Shown piece by piece: positions 63,747 to 64,000 of a DNA stretch of 64,000 nt. Under the pieces are notes generated by a model. That model saw only the letters and a list, made by a program, of their open reading frames with translations. It did no database searches and had not been told where the DNA came from. The position numbers were made by a program, and so were the translations under genes. The DNA comes from Aplysia californica (taxonomy: Eukaryota), in NCBI RefSeq assembly GCF_000002075.1, contig NW_004797665.1, positions 658,908 through 722,907 on the forward strand. Reading direction: 5' to 3'. Every line of letters starts with the position of its first letter. The first letter of the stretch is position 1.

Positions 63747-64000
63747 CTGTTAGAATTACCCAAAAAAATATGAGTTTATCATCTAATAAAATTAAACAAC
63801 GTGTCTTGACATTCACTGACCAGAAGATTGTAATACAAAGAAAGTGCTTTACTACAACATTTGATACAAACTGAAACCAGATTGGAGTCTTTAAGTCTTA
63901 AAACTTCACTGTATAATGCAGAATTTTCACTTAACTTTTATCTGACTGATCAAAGGACAGTTATTTAAAAAGTGTGTGTGTGTGCTGTGTGTGTGTGAAT

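Overview
Repeat-rich, AT-rich animal genomic DNA with five N-gaps. It looks invertebrate; a gastropod/lophotrochozoan origin is my impression only. The main feature is one long minus-strand gene for an uncharacterised ankyrin-repeat protein. I reconstructed 21 GT-AG-bounded coding exons by hand, from 63746 down to 10931, giving about 775 aa; the start lies beyond the right edge. All 21 splice junctions are phase 0. The acidic terminal exon stops at CTT-TGA-T, and the +1 frame continues to a CaaX-type ending (...TSNQCCII*). The introns hold a near full-length but decayed DIRS1-type tyrosine-recombinase retrotransposon (gag, RT, RNase H, Dam-like MTase, YR, with intact terminal repeats and ICR) and a truncated Ty3/Gypsy integrase with its 3' LTR. 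They also hold RTE, L2/CR1 and RNase H-type LINE fragments, several tRNA-derived SINE families, about 12 copies of a Sola1-like MITE, and piggyBac-, pogo-, mariner- and hAT-like non-autonomous elements. The left end has a 1.4-kb G-rich minisatellite and a probable promoter with a non-coding first exon of another minus-strand gene. All calls come from reading the sequence; no database searches were run.
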